Source: Anaerolineae bacterium (GTDB lineage: Bacteria > Chloroflexota > Anaerolineae > Anaerolineales > E44-bin32). Taken from it: a stretch of 64,000 nucleotides of DNA. Under the pieces are notes generated by a model that saw nothing but the letters and a program-made list of their open reading frames with translations, had not been told where the DNA came from and searched no databases. Each line of letters opens with the position of its first letter. Position 1 is the first letter of the stretch. Positions 34,714-44,296 of the stretch are shown one piece after another. The translations under genes and the position numbers were made by a program. The DNA is taken from assembly GCA_036986135.1 (NCBI GenBank), contig BTQZ01000002.1:62670-126669 (forward strand), in the 5' to 3' direction.

Positions 34714-36944
34714 AGTTGATCGGGGTACCATTCATGGCATTCGTCCTGGCGGCTTGCGGGACGGCCACGACTTCCCCACCCTCCCCTCCTGGGGAACTGC
34801 CCGACCCGTTGGTGCTCACCGAATCGGCCCCCGATCCAGAGGCCGCCGCTCGCGAATTCTTGGAGGCCTGGAAGGTTCGCGACTATGCCACGATGTACGA
34901 CATGCTCAGTCCGCTGACGCAGGACAGCATCACTCCAGAAGCGTTCGCGGAGAGATACGATGATATATGGCGCAGCGCTGCACTCACCGGGCTTGACTAC
35001 GAGATCGTGTCCTCCTTCATCCTGAATCCGCGGCAGTCTCAGGTTCGCCTGCAGACCGCACTCCACAGCCTCGCGGCCGGGGACATCAACCGAGACTTGC
35101 AGATGGATCTGACCCTGGTCGATGACGCCTGGACCGTGGCATGGAGCGACGGGTTGATCCTTCCGGAACTGGAAAACGGAAGGAATTTATTCCTGGATGT
35201 CGTTACGCCTACCCGGGCCAATATCTATGACCGCAGCGGACTGGCGCTGGCCGCGGAGTCGGAGGCAGTCGCGCTCTGGATCGTGCCTAATCAGATCGGC
35301 GACGAGGACGCGGAACTTGACATGCTCAGCACGATCCGGCGGCTGATGGATTACCCCTCGAACGACTCCATTCAGGTTCTCTACGATCAGATCCGGGACA
35401 CCAACTTCCGGGTAAACCTGGGGGAGGTGCCGCTGGAAGCATTTCAACAGGTGCAGGGCATTCTGTCGGAGGTGGGTGGCGTACAGTGGGGCACTTACGA
35501 CACGCGGCTGTACTTCGATGGCGGCCTGGCGCCGCACGCGATGGGCTACATCAGTTGGATCCAAGAAGAGGATCTGCAAGATTACCTACTGAGCGGATAT
35601 CAAGGCGACGAATTCGTCGGACAAATCGGATTGGAATACTGGTACGAGGAGGCTCTTCGCGGTCGGCCCGGCGGTACTCTGTATACGACCGACGCTGCGG
35701 GGCGGCCGGACACCGTCATCGCCTCACAAGAATCGGAACCACCCTATGCGGTGTACGCTACCCTCGATCGCGAGTTGCAGCGCCACGCCCAGCAGGCGCT
35801 TGAGGACAGCGACCTTACGGGGGCAGTCATCGTTCTGGAGCGGGACACCGGCGCAGTGCTGGCGATGGCATCAACGCCGGATTTTGACCCCAATCTCTTC
35901 GACACGAATAATCCCAACAGTGCCTCCGGTTTGTCGGAACTCTTTCAGATTCCGAAAGACCCGCTGCTCAACCGTGCCACGGTTGGCGCCTACCCTCTCG
36001 GGTCGGTCTTCAAGACCGTCACCATGGCGGCCGCCTTAGAATCGGGCTTTTACGATGCGGACACGATCTACAATTGCGGGCTCGAGTTTAGGGAGCTGCC
36101 CGGGATAACACTCTATGACTGGCGCTATGAGAAGGGGTTGCCGGCTTCAGGAGAGATCACGCTTCAGCAAGCGCTGGTGCGATCGTGCAACCCCTATTTC
36201 TTCCGCATCGGCTTGGATCTGTACAACCGGGGGCTAGAGACGGCCATCTCCGATATGGCGAAGGGCTTTGGGCTCGGCGAGCCAACCGGCATAGAGATTG
36301 GTGAGCAAGCGGGCCTGGTACCGGATCCCGAGACCAAGCTGGCGTTGTTCGGCGACGAATGGGCGCCGAGCGATTCGGTGCAGCTGGCGATCGGGCAAAG
36401 CTTCCTGCAAGCCACCCCGATCCAGGTGGCCCGCATGATCGCCGCCATCGGAAACGGCGGCACCCTTTATCAGCCACAGATTGTTGACCGGGTTCAGAGC
36501 GCAGAAGGCGAGATCCTTTCGCAGTTTGAGCCTATCGTGCAGGGAACGCTGCCGGTCAGCTCTGAAAACCTGGAGGTCATCCAGGAGGCCATGGTGGGGG
36601 TCATTCGTGATCCCCGGGGTACCGCGCGAAAAGTGTTCCTCGGCCTGGATCTCGACATAGCCGGCAAGACCGGCACGGCCCAGACCGGGGACTTTACGCC
36701 GCCACACGCCTGGTTTGTGGCATACACTTTCGAGGAGCGTGAGGACATTCCCGATATCGTGGTGGTAGTGGTCCTGGAGTTTCAGGGCGAAGGATCGGAA
36801 TGGGCCGCGCCGGTCGCCAGACGAGTCATTGAATCCTACTTTCTGGGACGACCGACTAAGCTGTATCCTTGGGAAGCTCGCATCCGAATCCCAGCCACCC
36901 CCGAGCCGGAATCCGAAGAGGACGCCGACGGGCAAGGGGGCTGA
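34710..36944 (+). CDS. Penicillin-binding protein 2-type transpeptidase with N-terminal NTF2-like domain (lipoprotein signal)
   Basis: MKLIGVPFMAFVLAACG lipobox; SxxK GSVFKTV, SxN RSCNPYF, KTGT AGKTGTAQ. ATGA overlap with maf. Confidence 0.85.
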   Translation: MKLIGVPFMAFVLAACGTATTSPPSPPGELPDPLVLTESAPDPEAAAREFLEAWKVRDYATMYDMLSPLTQDSITPEAFAERYDDIWRSAALTGLDYEIVSSFILNPRQSQVRLQTALHSLAAGDINRDLQMDLTLVDDAWTVAWSDGLILPELENGRNLFLDVVTPTRANIYDRSGLALAAESEAVALWIVPNQIGDEDAELDMLSTIRRLMDYPSNDSIQVLYDQIRDTNFRVNLGEVPLEAFQQVQGILSEVGGVQWGTYDTRLYFDGGLAPHAMGYISWIQEEDLQDYLLSGYQGDEFVGQIGLEYWYEEALRGRPGGTLYTTDAAGRPDTVIASQESEPPYAVYATLDRELQRHAQQALEDSDLTGAVIVLERDTGAVLAMASTPDFDPNLFDTNNPNSASGLSELFQIPKDPLLNRATVGAYPLGSVFKTVTMAAALESGFYDADTIYNCGLEFRELPGITLYDWRYEKGLPASGEITLQQALVRSCNPYFFRIGLDLYNRGLETAISDMAKGFGLGEPTGIEIGEQAGLVPDPETKLALFGDEWAPSDSVQLAIGQSFLQATPIQVARMIAAIGNGGTLYQPQIVDRVQSAEGEILSQFEPIVQGTLPVSSENLEVIQEAMVGVIRDPRGTARKVFLGLDLDIAGKTGTAQTGDFTPPHAWFVAYTFEEREDIPDIVVVVVLEFQGEGSEWAAPVARRVIESYFLGRPTKLYPWEARIRIPATPEPESEEDADGQGG

Positions 36945-37011
36945 GTGAGCCAGCGGATCCCCTGTCCCAAGCACTCCATCGCAACTCCACCAACTGCACA
37001 GCAACCTGCTT

Positions 37012-37905
37012 ATGAATGAACCCGCACTCGGACTCGTACTGCGCGCCCGAGCGGGCTTCTACGACGTGGAAACCGAGCAGGGGGTTGTTCAAGCGCAGCT
37101 CAGAGGACGCCTGAGAAAGGAGAGCGACGAGATCGCGATCGGTGACCGAGTGTTGGTACGCGGCACAGAAGGCGGCAAGGTGATGATTGAATCCGTGCAG
37201 CCGCGAGAACGAGTGCTCTCTCGGCGCGATCCCGGTCGGCAGGCGGAGCAGGTGCTGATCGCCAATCCGGATCAAGCTGTTTTTGTTTTCGCTTGCGCCG
37301 ACCCGGATCCAAATTTTCGATTGTTGGACCGGCTGCTGGTGATGGCAGAGAGCGTCGAGATTCCCTCGCTCATCTGTGCAAATAAGATCGACCTAGTGAA
37401 ATTTAAGAGCGCCAAAGAGGAATTCGGCGAGTACCGCGATATAGGCTACCGCGTGCTCTACACGTCGGCCTTGAAAGGCAAAGGAATCAAGGCGCTGCGC
37501 AAGCGGCTTAAGGACAAGATCTCCGTGTTCGCCGGCCCATCTGGGGCAGGCAAGTCCACGCTTCTAAATGCGGTTCAGCCCGGGCTTGGGCTGCGGACTG
37601 AGGAGGTCAGCGACATTGGGCTGGGCGCACACACCACGGTGGTTCGGGAACTGCTGCCGTTGGAGAACGGGGGCTATGTGGCCGACTCGCCCGGACTGCG
37701 AGCATTCGCGCTCTGGGACATCGAGCCAGAGGAACTCGACGGATACATGCCAGACCTGGCGGCGCTCGTTGATCGGTGTGAATTCAGCGACTGCACACAC
37801 ATTCATGAGCCGGGTTGTGCGGTCGTGGCCGCGGTGGAAGCCGGTCAGATCAGCCTTGAGCGGTACGACTCTTACTTGAGAATGCGTGAGGGGGCTATTG
37901 GCTGA
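37012..37905 (+). CDS. rsgA: Ribosome small-subunit-dependent GTPase A
   Basis: Circularly permuted GTPase: ANKIDL (G4) before GPSGAGKSTLLNA (G1). C-terminal zinc knuckle CEFSDCTHIHEPGCAV. Confidence 0.92.
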   Translation: MNEPALGLVLRARAGFYDVETEQGVVQAQLRGRLRKESDEIAIGDRVLVRGTEGGKVMIESVQPRERVLSRRDPGRQAEQVLIANPDQAVFVFACADPDPNFRLLDRLLVMAESVEIPSLICANKIDLVKFKSAKEEFGEYRDIGYRVLYTSALKGKGIKALRKRLKDKISVFAGPSGAGKSTLLNAVQPGLGLRTEEVSDIGLGAHTTVVRELLPLENGGYVADSPGLRAFALWDIEPEELDGYMPDLAALVDRCEFSDCTHIHEPGCAVVAAVEAGQISLERYDSYLRMREGAIG

Positions 37906-37927
37906 GCCGGGAAGCGACCGAGCGGTC

Positions 37928-37996
37928 GAGCTGGGGAGCGGTGGAGCTGGGGAGCGGCGGAGCAGGGGAGAGGGGGCGCGGCTGAGCTGGGGGGCG
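37928..37996. repeat. G-rich 16-bp tandem repeat (GAGCTGGGGAGCGGYG x about 3 plus a partial)
   Basis: Units at 37928-37943, 37944-37959 and 37960-37975 (diverged), and a partial at 37984-37996. Five G4-G6 tracts lie on the + strand between convergent stops. Confidence 0.85.
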
Positions 37997-38003
37997 AAAG
38001 CCT

Positions 38004-39137
38004 CTAGAGCGGTCTCAGGACCCGGTCTTCCTTCAAGCGTTTGAACCAGAGTGACGAACCACGCGGCATAGATTCCATGGCAGCCTCCTGCCAGGCACGG
38101 ACGCCCAGGCCCTGTACGGTTTGAGGCCGGTAGCCAACTCCCCGCCAGGCGGCGGCGTGCTGCGCCAGGTACGGCGGGAGAAACAGCAATGAGGCCTCAC
38201 TCTGCAGTTCGTTTGAGGCCGATTCCACCTGGTTCATCAGTGCTGGAATGGCTTCATCCAACGGAAGGTTGGGCGCGAAGTACAGCTCATCGATACGAGT
38301 TACCAGATTCTCGACCTGCCAGCCCGCAATGCCGGCGGTGTGACTGTCGCGCTCAATCATGAGAAAGGCCTTCTCACCGAAAGCCGCCATGACATCTTCG
38401 CGGTTCATCTTCTTCTTGCCATGCGTAACTTGAGTGATGAACCGCGCGATATCGTCGGCATCCTGCGGGCGGCCACGCCGCACCAAGAGCTGCCCGGGTT
38501 GCGCCTCAGGCGGTTGCTCCAGAAGGGGTTCCCTGGGCTTCGGTAACTCCGCCCAGGCCGCCTGAACCTGTTCCCAGGTGTTTTCGAAGGAACCCTCATT
38601 GCGGATCACGACCGAAGCTGCGCGCTCCTTTGCCGTTTGCGGTGATTGGGCCGCAATGCGCTGCTTGGAGGCGGCTTCAGAAAGCTTGCGCTTGTGCATC
38701 AGGCGCGAAACCTGAAGCTTTTCCGCTGCGGATACAACCCATACGCTGTCACAACCCGCCGCCAGATCGGTCTCCAGCAATTTGATCGCTTCGATCACCA
38801 CCACACTGTGCTTCGCGCGTCGGATCAGCAGATCGATGGCGTGAGTTACCAGTGGATGAACGATGTTTTCGAGTTTTTCGAGCGCCCCTGGATCCGAGAA
38901 CACAATCTTCGCAAGTCGGGTGCGGTCGATCTGGCCCTCATCGTCGACGATCCACTCGCCAAATGCCTTTAGAACCAGCGGGAAACCGGGCGCACCTTTG
39001 GCCATTGCGCGATGCGCCAGCGCATCGGCATCGATGCCGTAGGCCCCAAGATGCTCCAGCATCTTGCGCACGACACTCTTACCCGTGGCAATATTGCCCG
39101 TGAGACCAATTAGGTACTTGCCAGGCCAGCGACTCAA
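38004..39137 (-). CDS. coaE: Dephospho-CoA kinase fused to a ~170-aa C-terminal GNAT-like (degenerate) domain
   Basis: IGLTGNIATGKSVV P-loop and DADALAH of CoaE in the first ~200 aa. C-terminus LLVRRGRPQDADDIARFI..AFLMIERDSHTAGIAGWQVEN lacks the acetyl-CoA R/QxxGxG/A motif. Confidence 0.8.
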   Translation of the reverse strand: MSRWPGKYLIGLTGNIATGKSVVRKMLEHLGAYGIDADALAHRAMAKGAPGFPLVLKAFGEWIVDDEGQIDRTRLAKIVFSDPGALEKLENIVHPLVTHAIDLLIRRAKHSVVVIEAIKLLETDLAAGCDSVWVVSAAEKLQVSRLMHKRKLSEAASKQRIAAQSPQTAKERAASVVIRNEGSFENTWEQVQAAWAELPKPREPLLEQPPEAQPGQLLVRRGRPQDADDIARFITQVTHGKKKMNREDVMAAFGEKAFLMIERDSHTAGIAGWQVENLVTRIDELYFAPNLPLDEAIPALMNQVESASNELQSEASLLFLPPYLAQHAAAWRGVGYRPQTVQGLGVRAWQEAAMESMPRGSSLWFKRLKEDRVLRPL

Positions 39138-39200
39138 ATCATCACTCCATAAAGGGCCAGCTGATTGTAGCTTTCAGGATTGGGGTTGTCAAAGATCGGC

Positions 39201-41447
39201 TCAGCGGCCGAGTTGAGCGTAGTAAATCTGATCCCCGGCCGCCACAAATAGATCGTTGGGAGGCGCGGCGGTGATGGCAGTTACCTGGGCTTCGAAGGTC
39301 GTGGGGTATTGCGCCTGATATACGAGCCGCATGCTGTAGTGGAAGACCGTACCTTCCATGCCATCCAGGAAGAACAGCGAAGGTTCCGGAGGCGGGGAGT
39401 ATACGGAGCTTACGGGTTCGGCGCCCAATATCGTGGCCTGTGGACCGAATCCGGCTCGCTCGTCCTGAAACTGTGGCTTCGATTCGCATTCGACTCGAAT
39501 GCGAACGTTGCCTTCTATCGTGCTCTCTACCTCCCTGCGACACCGATCAATCCCGCCATCCGCGTATAGGATAATAAGCTCGTCTTGGGCAAGTGCCAAG
39601 TCAATCGCCGTTCCTAGTTCTCGAACTTCTTCGACGAAGTAAAGGGCGGGGGAACCACTAAAGAGGCCGTCGGCTGCGTCGTAGATCCAAACTGCGTTCT
39701 TAACCGGATCCAGAATGTAAAGATCGTCACCGAATACTTCAATGGCTTGAATCCTTCCCCATCCCACATCGGGTGCAGCTAGCTGGCCGGTGAGCGGCGA
39801 AGCTCCGGGAGCGCAGTACAGAAGGGAGGAGTCTGCATCGATTGCCACCACTCCTTCCGTGCCCAGGGCGCCGGGCTCGGGCTGTATCACCATACCAACC
39901 GGCTGGCCAAAATCAGGAATACTGTCTGCGCCGGCCAGGCACTGAAACTGGCTATCGATCTCATATCCACGTCCTGTGGCCCAGGCATGCCAGATGGTCA
40001 TCGTACCTCGGTCATAGGCGTAGAGGTCGCTTGCCGTGGCCGCAACGGAGGCCAACTCGGCCTTCGGTCCGAAGCCCCCACTCACCGCAGGCACAAAGTC
40101 CAATCGGATAACCCGATCCAGACCATCCATTGCCGCTTGCACCTCGCCGCGAAGGGAGATCGATCCGTCCGTGGTCTGATAGCTCTCAGCCAGGTCGAGC
40201 CACTGAGAGGCCGTAACCCAGTCTGGCCGCGATTCCTCACCGGGCGGCCTGAGTTTAGCGGCGATTACGGATGATTGAGCCTGAGCTAGGTAACTGTCAA
40301 ACTGCTCCGCGCGACCCTGCTTGAAGTAAATTAGGCTGGAAATGCCGACTACCAGGATCGGCACTGCCGCGGCAGTGAAGGCCAGCAAGTGGGGCGAAAA
40401 TTCATCAAACTTCTGGGGGTCTAGCGTCCCGGGAATCAGGCGGACGATAACCTCAATCATGAGGCGCGAGGCTCGCCTTGTGATGACTCTCAGTCGGAAG
40501 GCCAGCTGGCGGGCCCAGATCTTGGGTGTGTCGTTCTCGAAGTCAGCGGGATCGTCCTTTGGGGTTTCAGTATCCTGCACCTTGGACCGTGGACCGGGAC
40601 CAACAACCCCGATTGCGGGAGGTTGGTCAAGTGAATGTTCACCCGCGTGTTCATGCTCAACCGCTTGGGAGCTGGGATCGCTTACACTCGCGGGCCTGGG
40701 TTGGATAGCGGGAGAGGGGTCGCCAGGATACGTAGGCGCTGCTGGCTGCTTGTAAGCCTGGGACTCCGCCGAAACCTTCGCGCCTGACAGGGATGCTCCC
40801 GAAGCGGATTGCGGCGAGGGCTTCCTCGGGACCTGGATCACCAAGCCCGTGATGTCTCGATCGGCTCCGGCCACCAAACGATCGGATACCTGATCTAGAT
40901 CCAGTCTGGCGAGCCCCGTGAGGGCAACGTCGGACCACGGTACGTCGTCTGCCGCGGTGAGAATGATGAGATCGGATGGCTGCACCTCGAGATGCTGGAA
41001 CTGAATCATCGGGGCCCGCGATCTGCCGAGGGGACGCTTGGAGCCGTTCATGCGACTCACGCTTCCCGATCGAATCAAAATAGTCTCACCTGCTCCGCAC
41101 TCGGAGAAATACAGGTCCTGGCCGCGGAGCGCACCCACCACCATGCCTGCTTCAATAGCGCCCTCGACCAGATCCTGATTCACAGCCATGGTTGCCTGAC
41201 GCAGAGCGGCGGTAACGGATCCAGGAGTCCTGAAGAAGGCTTGCGCGGCGACCTGTGCCAGCCTCGAAGCACGACCTTCACCTGCACTACCGAGCAGTTT
41301 GAGGCTGACAAAGAGAAAATCGTGGCTGCGCCCTCGCGCAGCCTTGCGTGGGGGCGATAGCGCAAGCGTGCCGGGCGGTGGGGAACTCTGTCCCTCTCCG
41401 CCTGCGATGTGCAGTAGGCTGATGTTCGCTTTTACAGGCTTAGTCAC
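39201..41447 (-). CDS. Membrane protein: degenerate PP2C/SpoIIE-like N-domain, Pro-rich linker, TM, extracytoplasmic beta-propeller-like domain
   Basis: The N-terminal ~210 aa follow the PP2C pattern (..GMVVGALRGQDLYFSECGAGETILIR..PLG..DLIILTAADD) but lack the DGxGG metal site. TM LLAFTAAAVPILVVGISSLIYF. Repeated DxLYxxD-type blades. Confidence 0.55.
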   Translation of the reverse strand: MTKPVKANISLLHIAGGEGQSSPPPGTLALSPPRKAARGRSHDFLFVSLKLLGSAGEGRASRLAQVAAQAFFRTPGSVTAALRQATMAVNQDLVEGAIEAGMVVGALRGQDLYFSECGAGETILIRSGSVSRMNGSKRPLGRSRAPMIQFQHLEVQPSDLIILTAADDVPWSDVALTGLARLDLDQVSDRLVAGADRDITGLVIQVPRKPSPQSASGASLSGAKVSAESQAYKQPAAPTYPGDPSPAIQPRPASVSDPSSQAVEHEHAGEHSLDQPPAIGVVGPGPRSKVQDTETPKDDPADFENDTPKIWARQLAFRLRVITRRASRLMIEVIVRLIPGTLDPQKFDEFSPHLLAFTAAAVPILVVGISSLIYFKQGRAEQFDSYLAQAQSSVIAAKLRPPGEESRPDWVTASQWLDLAESYQTTDGSISLRGEVQAAMDGLDRVIRLDFVPAVSGGFGPKAELASVAATASDLYAYDRGTMTIWHAWATGRGYEIDSQFQCLAGADSIPDFGQPVGMVIQPEPGALGTEGVVAIDADSSLLYCAPGASPLTGQLAAPDVGWGRIQAIEVFGDDLYILDPVKNAVWIYDAADGLFSGSPALYFVEEVRELGTAIDLALAQDELIILYADGGIDRCRREVESTIEGNVRIRVECESKPQFQDERAGFGPQATILGAEPVSSVYSPPPEPSLFFLDGMEGTVFHYSMRLVYQAQYPTTFEAQVTAITAAPPNDLFVAAGDQIYYAQLGR

Positions 41448-41455
41448 GGCCAGCT

Positions 41456-41463
41456 ATTTTACA
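41456..41463 (-). promoter_or_regulatory. -10 box (TG)TAAAAT 8 nt upstream of GTG 41447 (leaderless-type)
   Basis: Minus strand reads TGTAAAAT-agctggcc-GTG. Confidence 0.4.
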
Positions 41464-41547
41464 GTTACGACCTGCGGTCAGCAATCGGGTTGCAAGAAGC
41501 GGACCCACGGATTTGTCATTCGTGGAAGCGGCGTTGAGTGTGGGCTA

Positions 41548-42477
41548 CTAGGGCCAGAAACCTAGGTAGAAACTGAGGCCCAGTCCGATTGCTACGAGGA
41601 GTAGAAGTACGACGCTGGCGGTCGCCAGCAGCAGGCCTGACCGCAGGCAGCCGTTGGAGCGCGCAGCGTCCTTATCCGGCACTTCGACGATAACTAGAGT
41701 GATATTGTCGTGTCCGCCCCGCGCCCTGGCCATATCGACCAAGGCACGCGCGGCCTCCTCTGGAGAATGCTCGGACAACGCCTCCAATATCTCCTGATCA
41801 TCCACGAGATCAGTCAGTCCGTCGGAGCAAATTAAAATTTGGTCGTGAGCGGTCAGCTTCAGGCCTTGATTGGCTTCGGATGCTTCATCGCTTTCATCGG
41901 TAGATAGTCGCAACCGTGCGTCAGGTTTGGGATCTTGATCGCCGCCCAGATGCCGGTGAAGCACGTGTGCATTTGGATGGTTTCGAGCCTCCTCCGGAGT
42001 CAAAATACCGTGATTGATGGCTTCCTGGACCCAGGTGTGATCAATAGATATCTGTTGGATCTCGCCGGACCGAATGAGATAGGTCCTGCTATCGCCAACT
42101 GAGACGGTATACAACCGGCGACCGACCACCATCGCCGTAGCGATCGTGGAGCCCATGCCTTGCAGTGCTCCGTCCTGCATCGAAGATTTGGATATGGACC
42201 GACCCACACTGGTGATGGCTTTCGAGAGCTCCGTAACGGGGTCGTCGCCGCTGGCGTCAGCCATGGCACCGGAGACTTCATCCACCGAGATTTGCGCCGC
42301 CACTTCGCCCGCTTGATGGCCGCCGATCCCATCGGCGACGATGGCCAGCGTAACCGGCATTTGGTCCGACTCTCGCTTGTAGTAGGTAACGGAGTAGCGG
42401 TCCTCGTTGATCTCCCGGGCCTCGCCCGGATGAGACAAGGCGGCAACTGTAAGATGTGATTTATCGGTGGTGATCAT
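41548..42477 (-). CDS. PP2C-family Ser/Thr phosphatase with C-terminal TM anchor
   Basis: LAIVADGIGGHQAGEVAA, VGDSRTYL, ILICSDGLTD, GGHDNITLVIVE. C-terminal TM LLLATASVVLLLLVAIGLGL. Confidence 0.88.
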   Translation of the reverse strand: MITTDKSHLTVAALSHPGEAREINEDRYSVTYYKRESDQMPVTLAIVADGIGGHQAGEVAAQISVDEVSGAMADASGDDPVTELSKAITSVGRSISKSSMQDGALQGMGSTIATAMVVGRRLYTVSVGDSRTYLIRSGEIQQISIDHTWVQEAINHGILTPEEARNHPNAHVLHRHLGGDQDPKPDARLRLSTDESDEASEANQGLKLTAHDQILICSDGLTDLVDDQEILEALSEHSPEEAARALVDMARARGGHDNITLVIVEVPDKDAARSNGCLRSGLLLATASVVLLLLVAIGLGLSFYLGFWP

Positions 42478-44276
42478 GCAGTGGGTGATCCCTCGTCCGG
42501 CGAGATCCGAATCTTTCGCGGAGGATGATCTCCAGGCAGCTGAAAGCGGAATTCTACACGTCCTAACTGAATATGATCGCCGTGCTGCAGGCGCTGTCCG
42601 GATTTTGGAACAAGCTCGTAATTGATCCAGGTCCCAGCGACGCTGCCCTGGTCCCGCAGCAAGTAATCGCCATCGGCTTGGCGGATCAGCCGCGCATGCA
42701 TCCGCTCCACCGATGGATCGTCCAGAACGATAGCAGCCAGTGATGCGTCTCTCCCAAGTACGACATCTACCCCGGTCAGCGGAACCGGGTCACCCGATGG
42801 TCGCAGTGGGATAAGCAGGGCTTCGGGAGGGCCAGTGCTTTGGAGCCTCATGCGCTGGACCGGGTTTAGCCGGACTCCGGCGGCGGGCTGCGGGAGCGGC
42901 GCACGCCGAATGAGAGTTGTGAGACCAATGATGAGCACCATGCCTGCCACGATTACGGCCAGCACCGCCACCAGCGAATCCAACGCCGGGCGAAGAGCGG
43001 AGAGGCCTTCCTCCGGCCTGGAAACCACTACTTGGACCGGATGCTCGATCGTACCTGCCTCCAGGCCGAGAGTATCCTCTACGAGGACTCTGAGAGTATG
43101 GGCGCCGCTCTGCCGGTACTCCGTTAGATCCCACTCGAATCGATCAAACGGCGCTACACGCCGCACGTCAACCACTTCATCGTCAACCAGCAATGAGCTC
43201 CGCTCAATACTGCGAGCATACCCGTCTGGGAACGTGGTCAATATCTGGAGATCGAAGGAGGTCGGAGTCATATCCTCCACCCTCAGCTCTGGGTCATCTG
43301 TCTGTCGCACGATTTCGTTTGGCGGCTGAATGAATGCCACTTCGGGAGGCCGTACGTCGATCTCATAGCGTATGGGTGGTGAGCTCGTCTGAAAACCGTC
43401 ATCACTGACCTGGACCTGTATCAGATGGGTCCCTGGCGTATCTGCCTGTGAAGAGAATGTGACCTTGTATTGGAACCGCTGATCCAGTATGCGATCGGCG
43501 ACCGCCCCCATTCCATCCTCCGGATCAAAGGCCAGAAACTCGCCGCCAGTGGACTCCGCAAGCTCCCTCAAGGGCTCAACTTCGGGTTGCTCCAGACCCT
43601 GCTCGTTGGAGAATAAGATCGAATAGATGGCGGTGCCAGAATCGTTCGCACGGGAGATAGCGTTCGCGATCGGTAGATCCCGCGGGGTTTCAATGAGTGG
43701 CGTCATGAATACAAGCGAGCTCGGAAGCGCCGCATCCTCCAGAGGATCAGCCGAGAAATCTAGCGCTAGCAGCAGCAAATCAAACCCGGATATGCTTCCT
43801 TCAAACGTTGGCTCCATTTGGTCCAGGGAGGCCGCAAGCTCGGCGGCCGAGTTGGAGTGCTGAATGAGCAAGCCGTCCGAGGTCAGCAGGCTGAGGTCGT
43901 CTATGCCGATCAAACTGGCATCTGGGTCGCGCCAATAATCGAGCAGTTCCTCCCTGGCGAGGTCGAATCGCGTCCGGCCGCGGGAGTCGCGCACACCTAG
44001 GCCGGGAGCGGTATTGATGACAAAAACCTGACGGGTGCCGATCAATACCTCCTCGACTGCCAGGTCGCCCACCGGTCGCTCATCCTCGAGAATTTGGAAG
44101 TTGTCAGCGGTGAGGCCTGCAATGCGCCGGCCTGCTTCATCCGAAACACTTACCAGCAGGCTTATAGACGGGAAGGCCCGTGTATCCGGCTCGGACAGGC
44201 TGAGAGAGGGTTGAAGCTGAGCAGTTGGGCGGAGCGCTATAGCCAGGAGAAGGCTGAGACGCCCCCAGCGGTGCAT
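42474..44276 (-). CDS. Membrane protein: extracytoplasmic vWA-like + Ig-like region, TM, cytoplasmic FHA domain
   Basis: C-terminal FHA VVLGRDASLAAIVLDDPSVERMHARLIRQADGDYLLRDQGSVAGTWINYELV..HGDHIQLGRVEFRF. TM LVAVLAVIVAGMVLIIGLTTLI. ATGA overlap with the PP2C gene. Confidence 0.75.
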   Translation of the reverse strand: MHRWGRLSLLLAIALRPTAQLQPSLSLSEPDTRAFPSISLLVSVSDEAGRRIAGLTADNFQILEDERPVGDLAVEEVLIGTRQVFVINTAPGLGVRDSRGRTRFDLAREELLDYWRDPDASLIGIDDLSLLTSDGLLIQHSNSAAELAASLDQMEPTFEGSISGFDLLLLALDFSADPLEDAALPSSLVFMTPLIETPRDLPIANAISRANDSGTAIYSILFSNEQGLEQPEVEPLRELAESTGGEFLAFDPEDGMGAVADRILDQRFQYKVTFSSQADTPGTHLIQVQVSDDGFQTSSPPIRYEIDVRPPEVAFIQPPNEIVRQTDDPELRVEDMTPTSFDLQILTTFPDGYARSIERSSLLVDDEVVDVRRVAPFDRFEWDLTEYRQSGAHTLRVLVEDTLGLEAGTIEHPVQVVVSRPEEGLSALRPALDSLVAVLAVIVAGMVLIIGLTTLIRRAPLPQPAAGVRLNPVQRMRLQSTGPPEALLIPLRPSGDPVPLTGVDVVLGRDASLAAIVLDDPSVERMHARLIRQADGDYLLRDQGSVAGTWINYELVPKSGQRLQHGDHIQLGRVEFRFQLPGDHPPRKIRISPDEGSPTA

Positions 44277-44282
44277 GTGCAG

Positions 44283-44291
44283 ATTTTAGCA
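44283..44291 (-). promoter_or_regulatory. Extended -10 TGcTAAAAT 6 nt upstream of ATG 44276 (leaderless-type)
   Basis: Minus strand reads TGCTAAAAT-ctgcac-ATG. It lies in the 20-nt gap after the guaA stop. Confidence 0.5.
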
Positions 44292-44296
44292 CGAGG

